From NCBI GenBank assembly GCA_024704765.1, contig JAKMXF010000334.1:62001-126000 (forward strand): a DNA stretch of 64,000 bases, read 5' to 3'. Positions 24,301-35,612 of this stretch are shown here, one piece after another (within the stretch, counting starts at the first letter, position 1; every line of letters begins with the position of its first letter). Made by a program: the position numbers and the translations under genes. The notes beneath the pieces are model-generated. The model made no database searches, was not told where the DNA came from, and saw only the letters and a program-made list of their open reading frames with translations. This DNA comes from Oopsacas minuta (lineage: Eukaryota > Animalia > Porifera).

Positions 24301-27300
24301 AACAATCATGTTGTATATCGATAGTGTGTACTTACAAACAGAAGCATCCATTGTTCCTCTATCACATATAATAATACAATTTTGTTTAGAAAACTGTGCA
24401 AGATCTTCAAATGTCTTCTCCAATTGTAAAATAGTTTTAAGCAAATTAAATTGAAATGAATAGCGTTCAATCTCTGTGAATTCTCTTGGCTTAGGACCTC
24501 CCCTGGAAGTATAAATTCAATAATTACAGAAGTACATCATTTAGTTTAGATCAACCGAACATTGAAATATTCGGTTGCAACCATTTAATGCCAACACAGG
24601 GAATGTAACCCCCAGTAAGGTTCAGAAAGGTGTGTAGAATGCTCTAATGTGCAAATTAAAATTCTTTATAACATATTTTACAAATTTTTAATAAAACAGT
24701 AAAATACAAAATAAATAAACTAGAAACATTGCAATGAATAGTTAGGATTATCAGATATAACAAAAATAATTCCTAATTTAGAGATGCCAATACCGTATGG
24801 ATAGCTGAGTTCTTCTTTCTTCTTTCCCTTACATCCTATGGAGTGAATGAATTCTCCTGATTGTGTGAATATCTTGATACAGTGGTTATTAGTATCGCTT
24901 ATGATAATATTACCGGAGAGGTCGAAACAGAAGAATTGTGGATAACTTAGCAAACAATTTGGTTTATCTCCCTGAGAGATACAAGAGCTGAGATAGTCTC
25001 CATTTCTAGAAAATAAATGTACACATCTAGGACTCCAGTCTAGCACCACTACACAATCTTGAGTAAGCTTAACATCATGAGGATAGTACAGCTGTTTAGT
25101 ACCTAAGTTTGATTTGAATTGTAGAAGTGTAGAGAAGATGGAAACTCTGTGCTTGTCCCTATTCGCTACAAACACATCTCCATTTGTGTCTATACATAAT
25201 CCTCTGGGTAATTTTAACTCTTCTTCTTTACTGTCTGAGTTATCAGTTCTTTTCAGAAGATAAAGTTTGTTCTTACAAAACTTGAACAGAGAGTTATGTA
25301 ATATGTCAGTTATGAAGATATATTCTTTATTCACAACTATTCCGTATGGTTTCTTCAGGATATCTTGACCGAAATTTGTAAGGAATTCTCCTTCAAATGA
25401 CATAACTTGTACTCGACTATTGCCCCAATCAGCTATTTATATTCTATGATTATCTTCATCAAGGAATAGACCAGCACCATTAAGTTCATTCTTACCCTTT
25501 CCGCTCTTACCAGTTATTAGAATAGGTACTTTCTTCAGTGAATAGTTTGTTACCTCCCACTCTTTGACCTCTCCGAATTCTGAGATAGCTGATCGAATTG
25601 TTTGAAGTGTGGGAAAAAGGAAGAGAGGATATGGTAGTTTTGTAGGAGCTTCCAGATCCTGGAGACCTTGTTGATAAAGTCGGGTAGCTTGTTGATGAAT
25701 TGAAATATTTGTGTTTACTTTCAAACTCATCTCTTTCATTTGTTTTCTAGTTTTTTCTAGCTCTTGAATTGCTGCCTTGCGAGTAGTCTCCTTGGTTGTG
25801 TAGTCCTCTCGGAGCTGAGAAAGTTGTCGCAAGATAGCATCCCTCCTCTCAATCAGTTGAGTAATGAGAGGATTGAATGTTTGTAGAATTTCTGTAGCGA
25901 CAGCATCGAATTGTGCCATCTTGTCGAGTTGTATATTCGTGGGCTCATTAGTTGCCATTCCAGCGATTTGATTTATTGATTTTATTCGAAATGAAATAGT
26001 TAGTTTATTCAGACTATATCTTATACTTGTGTAACTTGAGCAATGAGCATGCCATTATACCTCAATGGTTGTTATGGAAAAACACCCCTGTTTTTGGCTA
26101 GAACGTACGAGAGATATCTCTTACTAATTAATTATGTGATTTTATGATGGTTGCATTCCGTCTAAAGTTAGGTGGTTTTCAACAATTCAGATTACATTAA
26201 AACATGAATTACGAAGCAAGTTTGCTTCTAACCACAGTTCAGGTGTACATACCTTATTAAGATATTATTAAATGAATTCAGTATTTTCAGTAGAACTCGG
26301 TTAATACTTACTAAATCTTTACAAACCAAAATTAATCAAGTTTCCCATCAATTTTCTGGAATTTGTATTTGGGTAACTCAGTTTTGAAGTAAGTACTTGT
26401 TTACTTCCTGAAAGGGTACATCTTTATCCGAGTTATACTGTAATTTATTTATTCATTGCAGGGCTGTATCAACTCATTTTCTTGAATGAATTAAATGAGT
26501 TGATAACGCAAATCGGGCCTGGAGGTATGTAAAGTAGGTACATTATCTGTTCTAAGAATAGGAAATTATCTAGAGAAATGATGTAACAATGTATTTTGCT
26601 TCTGTAGTAGCACTACAATGCATCAATTATAATGTTTTAACTCATCATTTCGAGTTAAAGTCTTGTTTAATGACTCCCTTCGCGACCAAATAGTTACAAA
26701 GCTATTTAGCTAAATTAGTAATTGTTGATGTCAAAAACCACAATATTCTACGTAGAAAACAAACCTTTCCATTACCATATAATGCATACCGTATACCAAA
26801 TTACCAATACTGTTAATTGCTCTTGAATATATTTTGTTTTTCAAATCAATGCTCGAAAATATAAACAAACAACAATTACAGTAAGGATAACTCACGATAG
26901 AAGAATAGTAGCTGTTTCAGGTACACTGTACACCTAAACAAGTATTGTTTGCATAAATGTAATAGTCAAACCTCTTTGGAAGATTAACGAGGACTCCGTT
27001 TAATGCAGCGGTTCCTGGTAGTCCACATGCAATCTTTTGCAATCTATGAGATAGGACCCACAAAATATGTTAAAATTGGTATAGGGGTCCACGGGTGCAA
27101 AGGTTGGGAACCGCTGGTTTGATACATACGCTATTATATCAGTAAAATTCGTATTTTCTTGACCTGCATAGCTCATGGTATTCCATATACCGAATTACGT
27201 ATTTAAATACACAACGCTAATTCATTCTAAAAATAAATACACAAACCTTCCAACCAATATTCTCGAAGAAAGAACGTAGTTCAGTAATTGTAGTAGTCTT

Positions 27301-27806
27301 TCCAGCAACTGGACCTAATTTATACAAGTACGAATATAGTAAATATTTGTATTTATTATTTATTATTTATTATTTATGTGGAGCGATGGAATTCTAGTTA
27401 CACAAAATTCTAAATTGCACGTATATTGTACGTACAGTCAACTATAGTTGTATCAAATTCTAAAATTGTACAAATATGGACCCAAATTAACATCACCTCC
27501 ATCGGTTATATCGAAGTAATTTCGCTGTCCCTTGAGCTTCGATATAACTGAGAGGTTACTGTATGTTACTTCGACGGTTTCAGACCATATTTGTAGAATT
27601 TCTGACTTCAATATATCCACTTTTAAGATGAAATTTAATTAAGAAAATCAATAAACTCAGATAAACAATAAATAATCCAACTAGGCTAACAAACCTCCTG
27701 TAAGAACTACTTTATAAATAACCCTTTTATTAGCATCCAATCCTGCTCTTACCTTCTCACTGCTTACAGTCTCAGCAGTACCAGCTGATACCTTATCATC
27801 TGACAT
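21376..27806 (-). CDS. TTD14 (TRPL translocation defect 14)-like P-loop NTPase with C-terminal CYTH-like domain, 12 exons, 408 aa
   Basis: Exons (phases checked): 27806-27695, 27314-27247, 26933-26896, 24502-24336, 23450-23356, 23272-23162, 22892-22815, 22751-22656, 22582-22486, 22128-22040, 21888-21773, 21535-21376. Motifs VVLTGGPVAGKTT, VPETATILL, IICDRGTMD, VTAADGA, AWVGHPY, FQDFDVRHDYL, RIRKRGQNG, KVRRCF..YYQLDVYK. Confidence 0.88.
23760..24235 (+). repeat. Dispersed ~480-bp repeat, copy 1 (copy 2 at ~42690-43180)
   Basis: Direct alignment to 42690-43180. 23836-23935 is identical to 42819-42918; flanks are visibly more diverged, with indels. Confidence 0.9.
24720..25958 (-). pseudogene. 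Coiled-coil + NHL-repeat gene, copy A, single in-frame nonsense codon; nested in TTD14-like intron 3
   Basis: The two ORFs (25437-25958, 24720-25403) are in the same frame. The codon at 25439-25437 is TAA where copies B and C have TAC (HRIY). Otherwise colinear with the intact 413-aa copy C. Confidence 0.85.
26068..26081 (-). promoter_or_regulatory. RFX X-box-like motif upstream of NHL copy A
   Basis: GTTGTTATGGAAAA versus the X-box consensus GTTNCCATGGNAAC, ~110 bp upstream of ATG, inside an upstream block shared by copies A, B and C. Confidence 0.35.
27006..27116. mobile_element. hAT-type MITE
   Basis: CAGCGGTTCC ... AAGGTTGGGAACCGCTG termini; same family as 12861-12927. Confidence 0.6.
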
Positions 27807-28214
27807 GAAAGAGCTTTTGGGAAATAATTAGAGGAGAGTTATACAAATCGTATTTTGCAAGAATTTCCTTTGCTAATGATGCGAACTAGGAAAATAGCAG
27901 AGTTGGTAAATTTGATAGAAGTGAAACGAATTTACCATTACAATGGCCTAATATTGGATGATTTGTAAAAACAAGTGAAGAATATATTACATGATGGAGT
28001 GTTTTAACGGATATTTTGTATTAAACCAGCGGTTCCCCCACGGAACCTTATAGCAATAACACATTATGCCAAGGGTGCCGCGACACCATGAGCATGGACC
28101 TCAAGTTGGGAACCGCAATCGGAGCGTTAAACGTTTCATTTTTAATGGAAACTACACTACAATAATAGCGTATAATAATGAAAATTACTGAACACTAAAC
28201 AAGCATTAAATAAT

Positions 28215-28940
28215 TCAACTCTTCTCTCTCACAACACCGACTAGACTCGGTCTAAGTAGTCTCCCATTCAGGAGATAACCAATGGTACGAACCTCCCCAA
28301 CCGTACCTGGTGCATCTCCTGGCATTAGAAATGCTGACTCGTGGTACTCAGGATTGAACTTCTCACCGAGAGGAGATATACGCTGTAATCCATGGTTTGA
28401 GAATACTTTCTGTAAATTCGTTTCTGTCATTTTGACACCTTCAAATAAATCAGTAAAACTCTTACACGCATCCTTCAGATCATCTGTTTTGACACTTTTA
28501 ACAGCTGCTTCCAGAGTATCGGCTATGTTGAGAAGGTCTCTTGTGAAATTCTGTATCGCGAAAAGTCGCGATTCGTTCACTTGCTGTGTTTTAATTTTTC
28601 GTATATTTTCTATTTCCGCTATTGAATAGAGATATTTGTTAGTCATTTCTTTCAAATCTTTTTCATTTTTACAAATTAATTCTTGTAATTCTTCAATTTT
28701 AAGATTTTCTTCATTTTCCGGTAATTTTGAACTTTCCTTTTCCTCAATTACTTTTTCATTATTTTTATGATTATTATCTTTACTAATTCCGAATATACTA
28801 TATTTGGAATATTTAGGTGAGATAGGATTTGATTGAGTAATAGTAGGAGTGTAGAATATAGGTCTGTTTAGTGAAGAATAGTTTCTTGAGAAGAGAGGAG
28901 ATAATGTTCGTGATAGGAGGAGTGTTTTGGATGACATCAT
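28215..28940 (-). CDS. GRPEL1: Mitochondrial GrpE nucleotide-exchange factor (241 aa), intronless
   Basis: N-terminal transit-peptide-like segment; AEIENIRK, FAIQNFTRDLLNIADTLE, GVKMTE, GEKFNPEYHESA, GYLLNGRLLRPSLVGV. Confidence 0.95.
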   Translation of the reverse strand: MMSSKTLLLSRTLSPLFSRNYSSLNRPIFYTPTITQSNPISPKYSKYSIFGISKDNNHKNNEKVIEEKESSKLPENEENLKIEELQELICKNEKDLKEMTNKYLYSIAEIENIRKIKTQQVNESRLFAIQNFTRDLLNIADTLEAAVKSVKTDDLKDACKSFTDLFEGVKMTETNLQKVFSNHGLQRISPLGEKFNPEYHESAFLMPGDAPGTVGEVRTIGYLLNGRLLRPSLVGVVREKS

Positions 28941-29436
28941 AGACTAAATTGAAAATAAAAGAGTTGGAGAATATTTAGAGAGTTAATGAGCGGGGGGCAG
29001 TATATTCGGTATCCAAAAGTATATTGATGAAGTCACAAACTCTCAAAGCTGAAGGGGCTTAAAGCACCCTAAAGCAACCTCCTTCCCCCTGGAGATAATA
29101 CCTTCCATAGCAACCAAAAGCGCTTAGTTATGTAGGATATAACGTTAGGAGGCAGTGACTAAATTTCGGAAATTTCACCTTATAACTTCACGGCACATTT
29201 TGATGCTGAGGTCCGGAATCTCACGGATTCGGGAGACACAAGGTTGACATATAAGTGGTTCTATTAAGCAGAGTCATAGGCTATGGTACTTGCTAATTTT
29301 GAATTAACCATTTCCCATTAAATAGACAATAATTGAGAAATATTATTCATTGGAGAAAACTATAATAATCTTACAGTATAATAAAGCACTACATTCCTAA
29401 TATCACTAACGGTATCCAAGCTGCTACCACCACAAA

Positions 29437-29895
29437 CTAACGATAAGATTTCTGATATCTAGCTCTTGCACCTGGCCCTCCAAATTTCTTCGGTTCACAT
29501 CTTCTAGGATCAGCCACAAGCAAACTACGATCATATCGAATCAATAAATCTCTAATTTCTTTCTTACTAGCTTCATCTACATATTTCTGATAATAGGCAA
29601 CTATAGATTTAGCTATTGACTGCCTGACTGCATATATCTGTGATGTATGTCCACCTCCTTTTACACGGATTTTGATATCTAAGTTTTTAATTCGCTGCTC
29701 TCCGAGGAGACGACCTGGTTCTTGGAGTTTGTCCTGTAAGGCGAGTGGCTCGAAGTATTTGAGTGGTGTGCCGTTTACTCGGATGTTCCCCTTCCCCTGA
29801 CGACATACAGCGACTGCAGTAGCGGTCTTCTTACGACCAAACACCTGGACTAACTGCTTGGGTGGTTTCTGAGCAGGGCGAGCTGTAGTTGCCAT
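29437..29895 (-). CDS. RPS16: 40S ribosomal protein S16 (uS9), intronless
   Basis: [64 protein letters not shown]. Confidence 0.98.
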   Translation of the reverse strand: MATTARPAQKPPKQLVQVFGRKKTATAVAVCRQGKGNIRVNGTPLKYFEPLALQDKLQEPGRLLGEQRIKNLDIKIRVKGGGHTSQIYAVRQSIAKSIVAYYQKYVDEASKKEIRDLLIRYDRSLLVADPRRCEPKKFGGPGARARYQKSYR

Positions 29896-32005
29896 TTTAG
29901 AAACTAGTAACGATTAGCTATTATTCGATTTAATAACTAAAATTTACAAAAAAAGTTTTAGCATCAAAAACACATTATTCCATAAATTATCAAAAATAGT
30001 GAAATTATGGTTACGAATAAATTTGGGTCGGCCTTACGCCAAACGGGACGTATGAAAGCGGCTAAAATATAATCAGAAGCACGAAATTGTCCCAAATATA
30101 GAACAGAGTTTGATTTCCCTCTTGGAAATTCGAGAAACTTGATGTAAATTGTGTTAATTAAGTCCAACTAAACTACAACATTCCATTCTAAAGATTCGAT
30201 GTATTCACTCTTAATGTCATGTAAGCTCTACTCTCGAGTTTATCATCTGACCTTGGTTTATGGGAACCAGAGATGGAACTGGATAGTACATACTTAGAAC
30301 TTAGATAAGACATACTGTTGGTAAATCTCAACCTGTAGATGGAGATCTCTATCAGTTCCATCTCTGATAGAAACCAAACAAACATTCGTAATACAACTAA
30401 ACAATACTAAGTATTAATTAGGGCAGAAAATTAGTAGAAACACACAAATTGAAACTATTATTATTTGTACAAAGAATAAAACATATATAAGGAGAGATTC
30501 TAGCTATATATTAAGCAGATAGCTAGATTGGTAATAAATGTAGGCTGTATTAAAAGCAGAGATGGATGGAGAAGCATTGTAGTGAAGTGATGATGTTATA
30601 ATGTATGTCATGTTACTTTATCAGTGTCCTAAATAAGAGAGTTATCAAATAATACAGTCAACTGTTATATTGATATTATACCAGCTTGTACCGAAGTAAA
30701 AATTGTACCATTATGGCCTCAAACCGTCAAGTAACCTACATTCCATCGGTTATATCGAAGTAATTATCGCGGTCATTTGAGTTTCGATATAACGGAAGTT
30801 GACCGTAACTGAGACGAAAAGTAAAAACTGAAAATCCTCAAAAAATATTTAAGAAATTACAATAGAAAAATTACAAAATTGATTTGTATAAATTTTTGTA
30901 TTTCAAAATCTCGATACTTTTCTGATGCGATACTTGAATGTCCATGGTAATAAAACAAGCTATCACATCTTATGGTAATTTTCAGATATACCATTTGATT
31001 TTGCCAGACCTGCATAACAATATCTGGCTACAAATCCTAGGGACTGTTACACCATGATTTGATTTGTAATATTAGATTATTATTATTAAAGTCCTTTTTC
31101 AAATAAACTCATATTATTTCATAGAGCTAAAATTAGTATCAAATTATCCTCCAAATCTCATTGGATATGATGATTGTAAGATTTCTAAATAGAAGCACTC
31201 ATACTTTAAATAAGTTTACAATGATTACAGCTATAACAGGCGGAGGCCATTATCCAGGAGCGAGTAAGAGAAATTCCTATGTGACTAATTATATCTACAA
31301 GGGTGGATACGAATAGAAAACAACTACCTACAGCAAGGGTGCTCAAACCGTGGCCCGTGAGACCATTTGCTATGGCCCGCAGATAATTCGCTTGCTTTCA
31401 TTATCCATATCTATACAGTAAATTAACGCGCTTCAATTGTCAGATAATAAGAATTTTTTCTAAACACCTTATAGAAATAATTATAATACTCAACCAATGC
31501 AACAATGTTCCCAGTATGAATACAGTGTTTGGTAACTATTAGTTTGCATTTACGAATTCTATCAATTGTTAGAGCTTCAGAAGTATAACGTAGGAAGCAG
31601 AACCTAATTGACGTGGTGAGATTTTTCTGCAATGTTATTCTAGCATGAACAGTACATAGTATACCCCAAATCTAGATTTAGTACTATTGTTCACTTGCTA
31701 GAATACAAGCTAAGTTCAAAAAGAGACATCAAATGATTCGAATCCATTTAAACGAATATAATTTAAGTCAATAACCTGAATTTACAAAGTAGAATCCATT
31801 GTTAATGCAATATGAGGTCAAATAGTATAGCTTGAAAATTGATTAAACTAAAGCCAGAGACGATCTATGATTTGTGGCTCGTAAAGCGGAGTCTAATTTT
31901 TAAAGTGGCCCGTAGATTTAAAAGTTTGAGCACCCCTGACCTACAGTTTCCATAGTCCCGAAGTAACCCTATGATCCAATCATAGTTATGTACATAAAAA
32001 CTAAC

Positions 32006-35000
32006 CTCTTCAATCTTCGTTGAAAATGAGAAAGAATTCCCAATTTTAGAATTTGGACTTTGGTTTTCAGAAACATTCACATTATCATCTTTAAATTCTC
32101 TTTCCACTTCTTTCTGTACAAACATAGCATACTCATCAGCTGGTATCGCTATCGGTAGCTCAGAATCAGCTGTTTTTATGATGTAAACTGGACCAGAATA
32201 ATTATTTGTTACTGAATTCAAATTGGGCGGGATTGTAGGTGGGAAACGTGTAATTTTGGCGGTAGAATTAACCGTATTAGAATCAGTAGTAGTGAACATG
32301 GATGGCAACGTATAGGTGCTGTTGGAATGTATTGATTGTTTTTTGAGTGTCTTCTTGTACTTGCCTCTAGATTTAATCATATTATTCATAGCTTCTGGAG
32401 GTAAGAGTATCCGAGAAATAGGAATAGACACTCGTAAGCTCTTAGGTTTACGCCCACGTCTCTCAATGTGATCATCATCATCATCATCCTTTGATAACTG
32501 GGGGATTGTCTTATTTGAATTCGGACTATATGATAGAAACGAATAAGGTAGATTGGAATGTGGCTCAGGGTAACTAATAATTAAATTTCTATGCGTACAG
32601 TTTTCCTGGGTTATTTCTGGATATGTCATAATATTCAGGGAAAATATTGACGCTTCTGGCAATTTTTGACAAAAATATTGAAAAAATCATATTATTTGCA
32701 TATAATATTAGAAATCAGAGGAAAATTCGAAAATTCCAGGATTTTGAGATAGATATCTAGGCAAATAGTCAGAAAAGGTGGACCGATTGGTTGTCCATGG
32801 GTGAAAAAGGTTGGGAACCGCTAAACTAGGGCACCAAGGGTCCCCAATTAATTCCAAGAACGACGGGTACCATGAATTAAGACAGTAACTTAATATTTGT
32901 AACCAATTTGTATGACACAATACCCCGTAATGATATTATATGCTAAGGGTTGGGCACGAGGTACATAGCGTAATAATGTACTCTTGTAATATAGCATTAG
33001 CAAATATGATTTAGGGGAAATGGGCGGTATTGAAATGACACTATTAAGATAGTAATATTGTATGTTGTGAATACCTATAAGATAAGAGTTACGTTTACCC
33101 TGTAAGATATATATTACCCTGCAAGATATATGTTACCCTGTAAGATATATGTTACCCTGCAAGATATATGTTACCCTGTAAGATGCCAAAAAAGTGTCTG
33201 AACTGATAAACTTCCTGTGTTCTTATTCTACAATCTTTATAGCGTATAAACAGGAGTGACGCCCCTTCTCGGCAAGTGAAATAGCAATGTAATGCTTTAA
33301 CAAAACTCCAATATTAATTAATAAGTAAATTGATCTATATTATGAACTGATGTATTTTGCTGACATAAGTATGACGAATAATCAATAAAACAAACCTCAT
33401 TTCACCAACCATCTGGTTAGAAACCTAAAATAATTTGGGGAATAAATGTAAATAGTAAACAAACAACAAATCATAGTCTGGCAACACTGATCTGTCTGTG
33501 TTGCCAGATCATGAACAAAGTTCTTAGATTATCGTATTGACAGGAACTTATGTACATGAACTTTCGGCAGAAACCTGGCATGAAATGAAATGAATATAGA
33601 ATAAACAATTTGTTTTGACCAGAACTTGGGAAGGTTTTGCATGAACTTTTCAAGTTTGTGCCAAGAATTTGTTGACACATCAGCTGGCAACACTGGGACA
33701 GATAAAAGGTGTGTAAAATCAAGGAAATGTAAGAACTTACCTCTTCTTCACTTGGTAGTAGAGGACAGGAAATTGATGTCATTGGTGTCTGTTCTAATAA
33801 TAGAATTGTAATTAAATATCCGTACTTACATTGAATCAGTGAAAAGAGAATGAACTTACCAACTGTAATAGTGTTACTGGAATTATTGAATGATTGAATC
33901 AATAATCTAATAATAGATAGTAGCATGAATTAATAAATCATTAGAATATGGTCATACACTTATTAGAAGTGAATAAACAAATTTGAACTCTTTTTGAGAG
34001 AATTTCGAAAATCACTTTCTGGAATTATAACAGTATTATCTTGAATGGTAGCAGAACTGTAGGACATTATATTCATGTTTATTATCCTTGGACGGGGACA
34101 TGACATATACGAAATTAATTATTTTCAAAAGTGGTAAGGCTTAACATGCATATTTTAATTGTTAATGTGTAAGAGTTTGGGTTACTCTCTTCTACACGTA
34201 AATAGCGTTAATTAATTCAAATTCCAACAACTTGATATAATTTCATTTAAACAAAATGTAATTCAAGCCTAGTAATATGCCAGATTGATAAGATGAAGTG
34301 GTACAGTTCTCGCTGCACCGATTCTACCGCCCTGTATAGTAATAGTAGACAATGAATCATGCAAACACACAGACACAGCCAACTCCGGTTATATCGAACA
34401 AGTATATATCGACGCAATGATAGCGGGTCCCTTGAACTACGCATAACAGGAAAGGGTGAGTTTTGCCTCACTTTCTCTTGTTAATCGTTGGTATTGGTTA
34501 CACTCCTTAGACTCAGAGGCCAATTATTGAAGGGGCTAATCCAAGGGGCTACTATTCAAGCCAATATAGTAACTTATTCTTAGAATTTGAATAGAGATTA
34601 CTGTTTGATGTGTAATCTTTCGCACACATACGTCATAACACATCTGAAGAAATGATACAATTTGAACAGTAATAAAAGTATAAAGTAATTGCGGTTACTA
34701 ACATTCTTTCTTCTTTCGATTGAGTGATTGCTTGGTTCAGTTTCAAAATCTCAGAATACAATATCTCTTTTTCCTAAAAAGGAATAAATAAATTGAGAAT
34801 TGCGAATGATTGTTCAGAAACCATTCTCAATGTACCAAATGAATACATACCAATGAATAGACACTAACGTTAGCAATACAATTGGAGACCATATATAATA
34901 TAACCTCGATTTATTGAAAATGAAATATGAATAATCTACTTGTAATGGGTTGTTCAAACGTACGTAACGGTACCAAGGGGAGGGGGGGTTAATATCTTAG

Positions 35001-35612
35001 AAATATTTGCGTTTTTTCGTGACGAAAATAAGACGTGGATCAGTCAATGAACTCCAATATGACTGTTCCTTGATGGAATGTCTATCCTCACAAATCATAA
35101 ATTGTTTCACGGTTGGATGTTAATGTTGGATTATTTGTGCGTATGAAGGCCGATAAATTGTGACGTCGGGCCAAAACGGGTGGCAAGTATAAACACGCCC
35201 AGATTTCAAACATAAAACAAGTGATTAGGGATAGAATGTTTATCAAGGCCCTCAATCATGGTATGAGGGGGCATTGAAATACAAAACGAAATTATTGGTT
35301 ATAAGTTGAACCTCGTGACTAGAAATCTCAGAGCGAGGATGCAAGGATAAGAATTTACCTCATTTAATGGTGATTGCAATAGGGGAATTTGTGGAAATTG
35401 AATCATATTCAAATTCCACAAATTCCTCTCTAAATAGTAAAAAACCAATCAAACAAGTGCAAGTATATTCACACAACTAACTATGGAAAGATACAACGCA
35501 CCTCAATCAAATTTGACAGCTGAAACAATAGTTTAGTTTTGACATCAGAAAGTTGAGCTTTCTTCAAAATAAATTCATCCTCTGTGATATAAGAATTTTC
35601 CTCGCTAGCCAT
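32006..35612 (-). CDS. Uncharacterised multi-exon gene, N-terminal coiled coil (weakly INO80E/TFPT/TBRG1-like) plus low-complexity region; 3' end unresolved (may extend to ~30188)
   Basis: Phase-consistent exons 35612-35502, 34773-34703, 34643-34602, 34056-~33978, 33906-33860, 33793-33741, 33424-33396, 32525-32006. Protein begins MASEENSYITEDEFILKKAQLSDVKTKLLFQLSNLIEEKEILYSEILKLNQAITQSKEER and later has DDDDDD..RRGRKPK. Confidence 0.55.
33095..33185 (+). repeat. 19-bp minisatellite, ~4.8 copies, alternating T/C variants
   Basis: TTACCCTG(T/C)AAGATATAT(G/A); order T,C,T,C,T. Confidence 0.9.
33496..33695. mobile_element. MITE with C(A/T)GTGTTGCCAG terminal inverted repeats
   Basis: CTGTGTTGCCAG (33496) ... 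CTGGCAACACTG (33695). A further terminus lies at 33478-33489. Confidence 0.55.

Noticed and set aside
25437-25439. Programmed readthrough or recoding of the NHL-A stop
   Set aside because: The codon is TAA (not TGA/TAG) and paralogs have TAC; a simple point mutation explains it.
33095-33185. CRISPR-like array
   Set aside because: Contiguous tandem units with no spacers, eukaryotic context, no cas genes.
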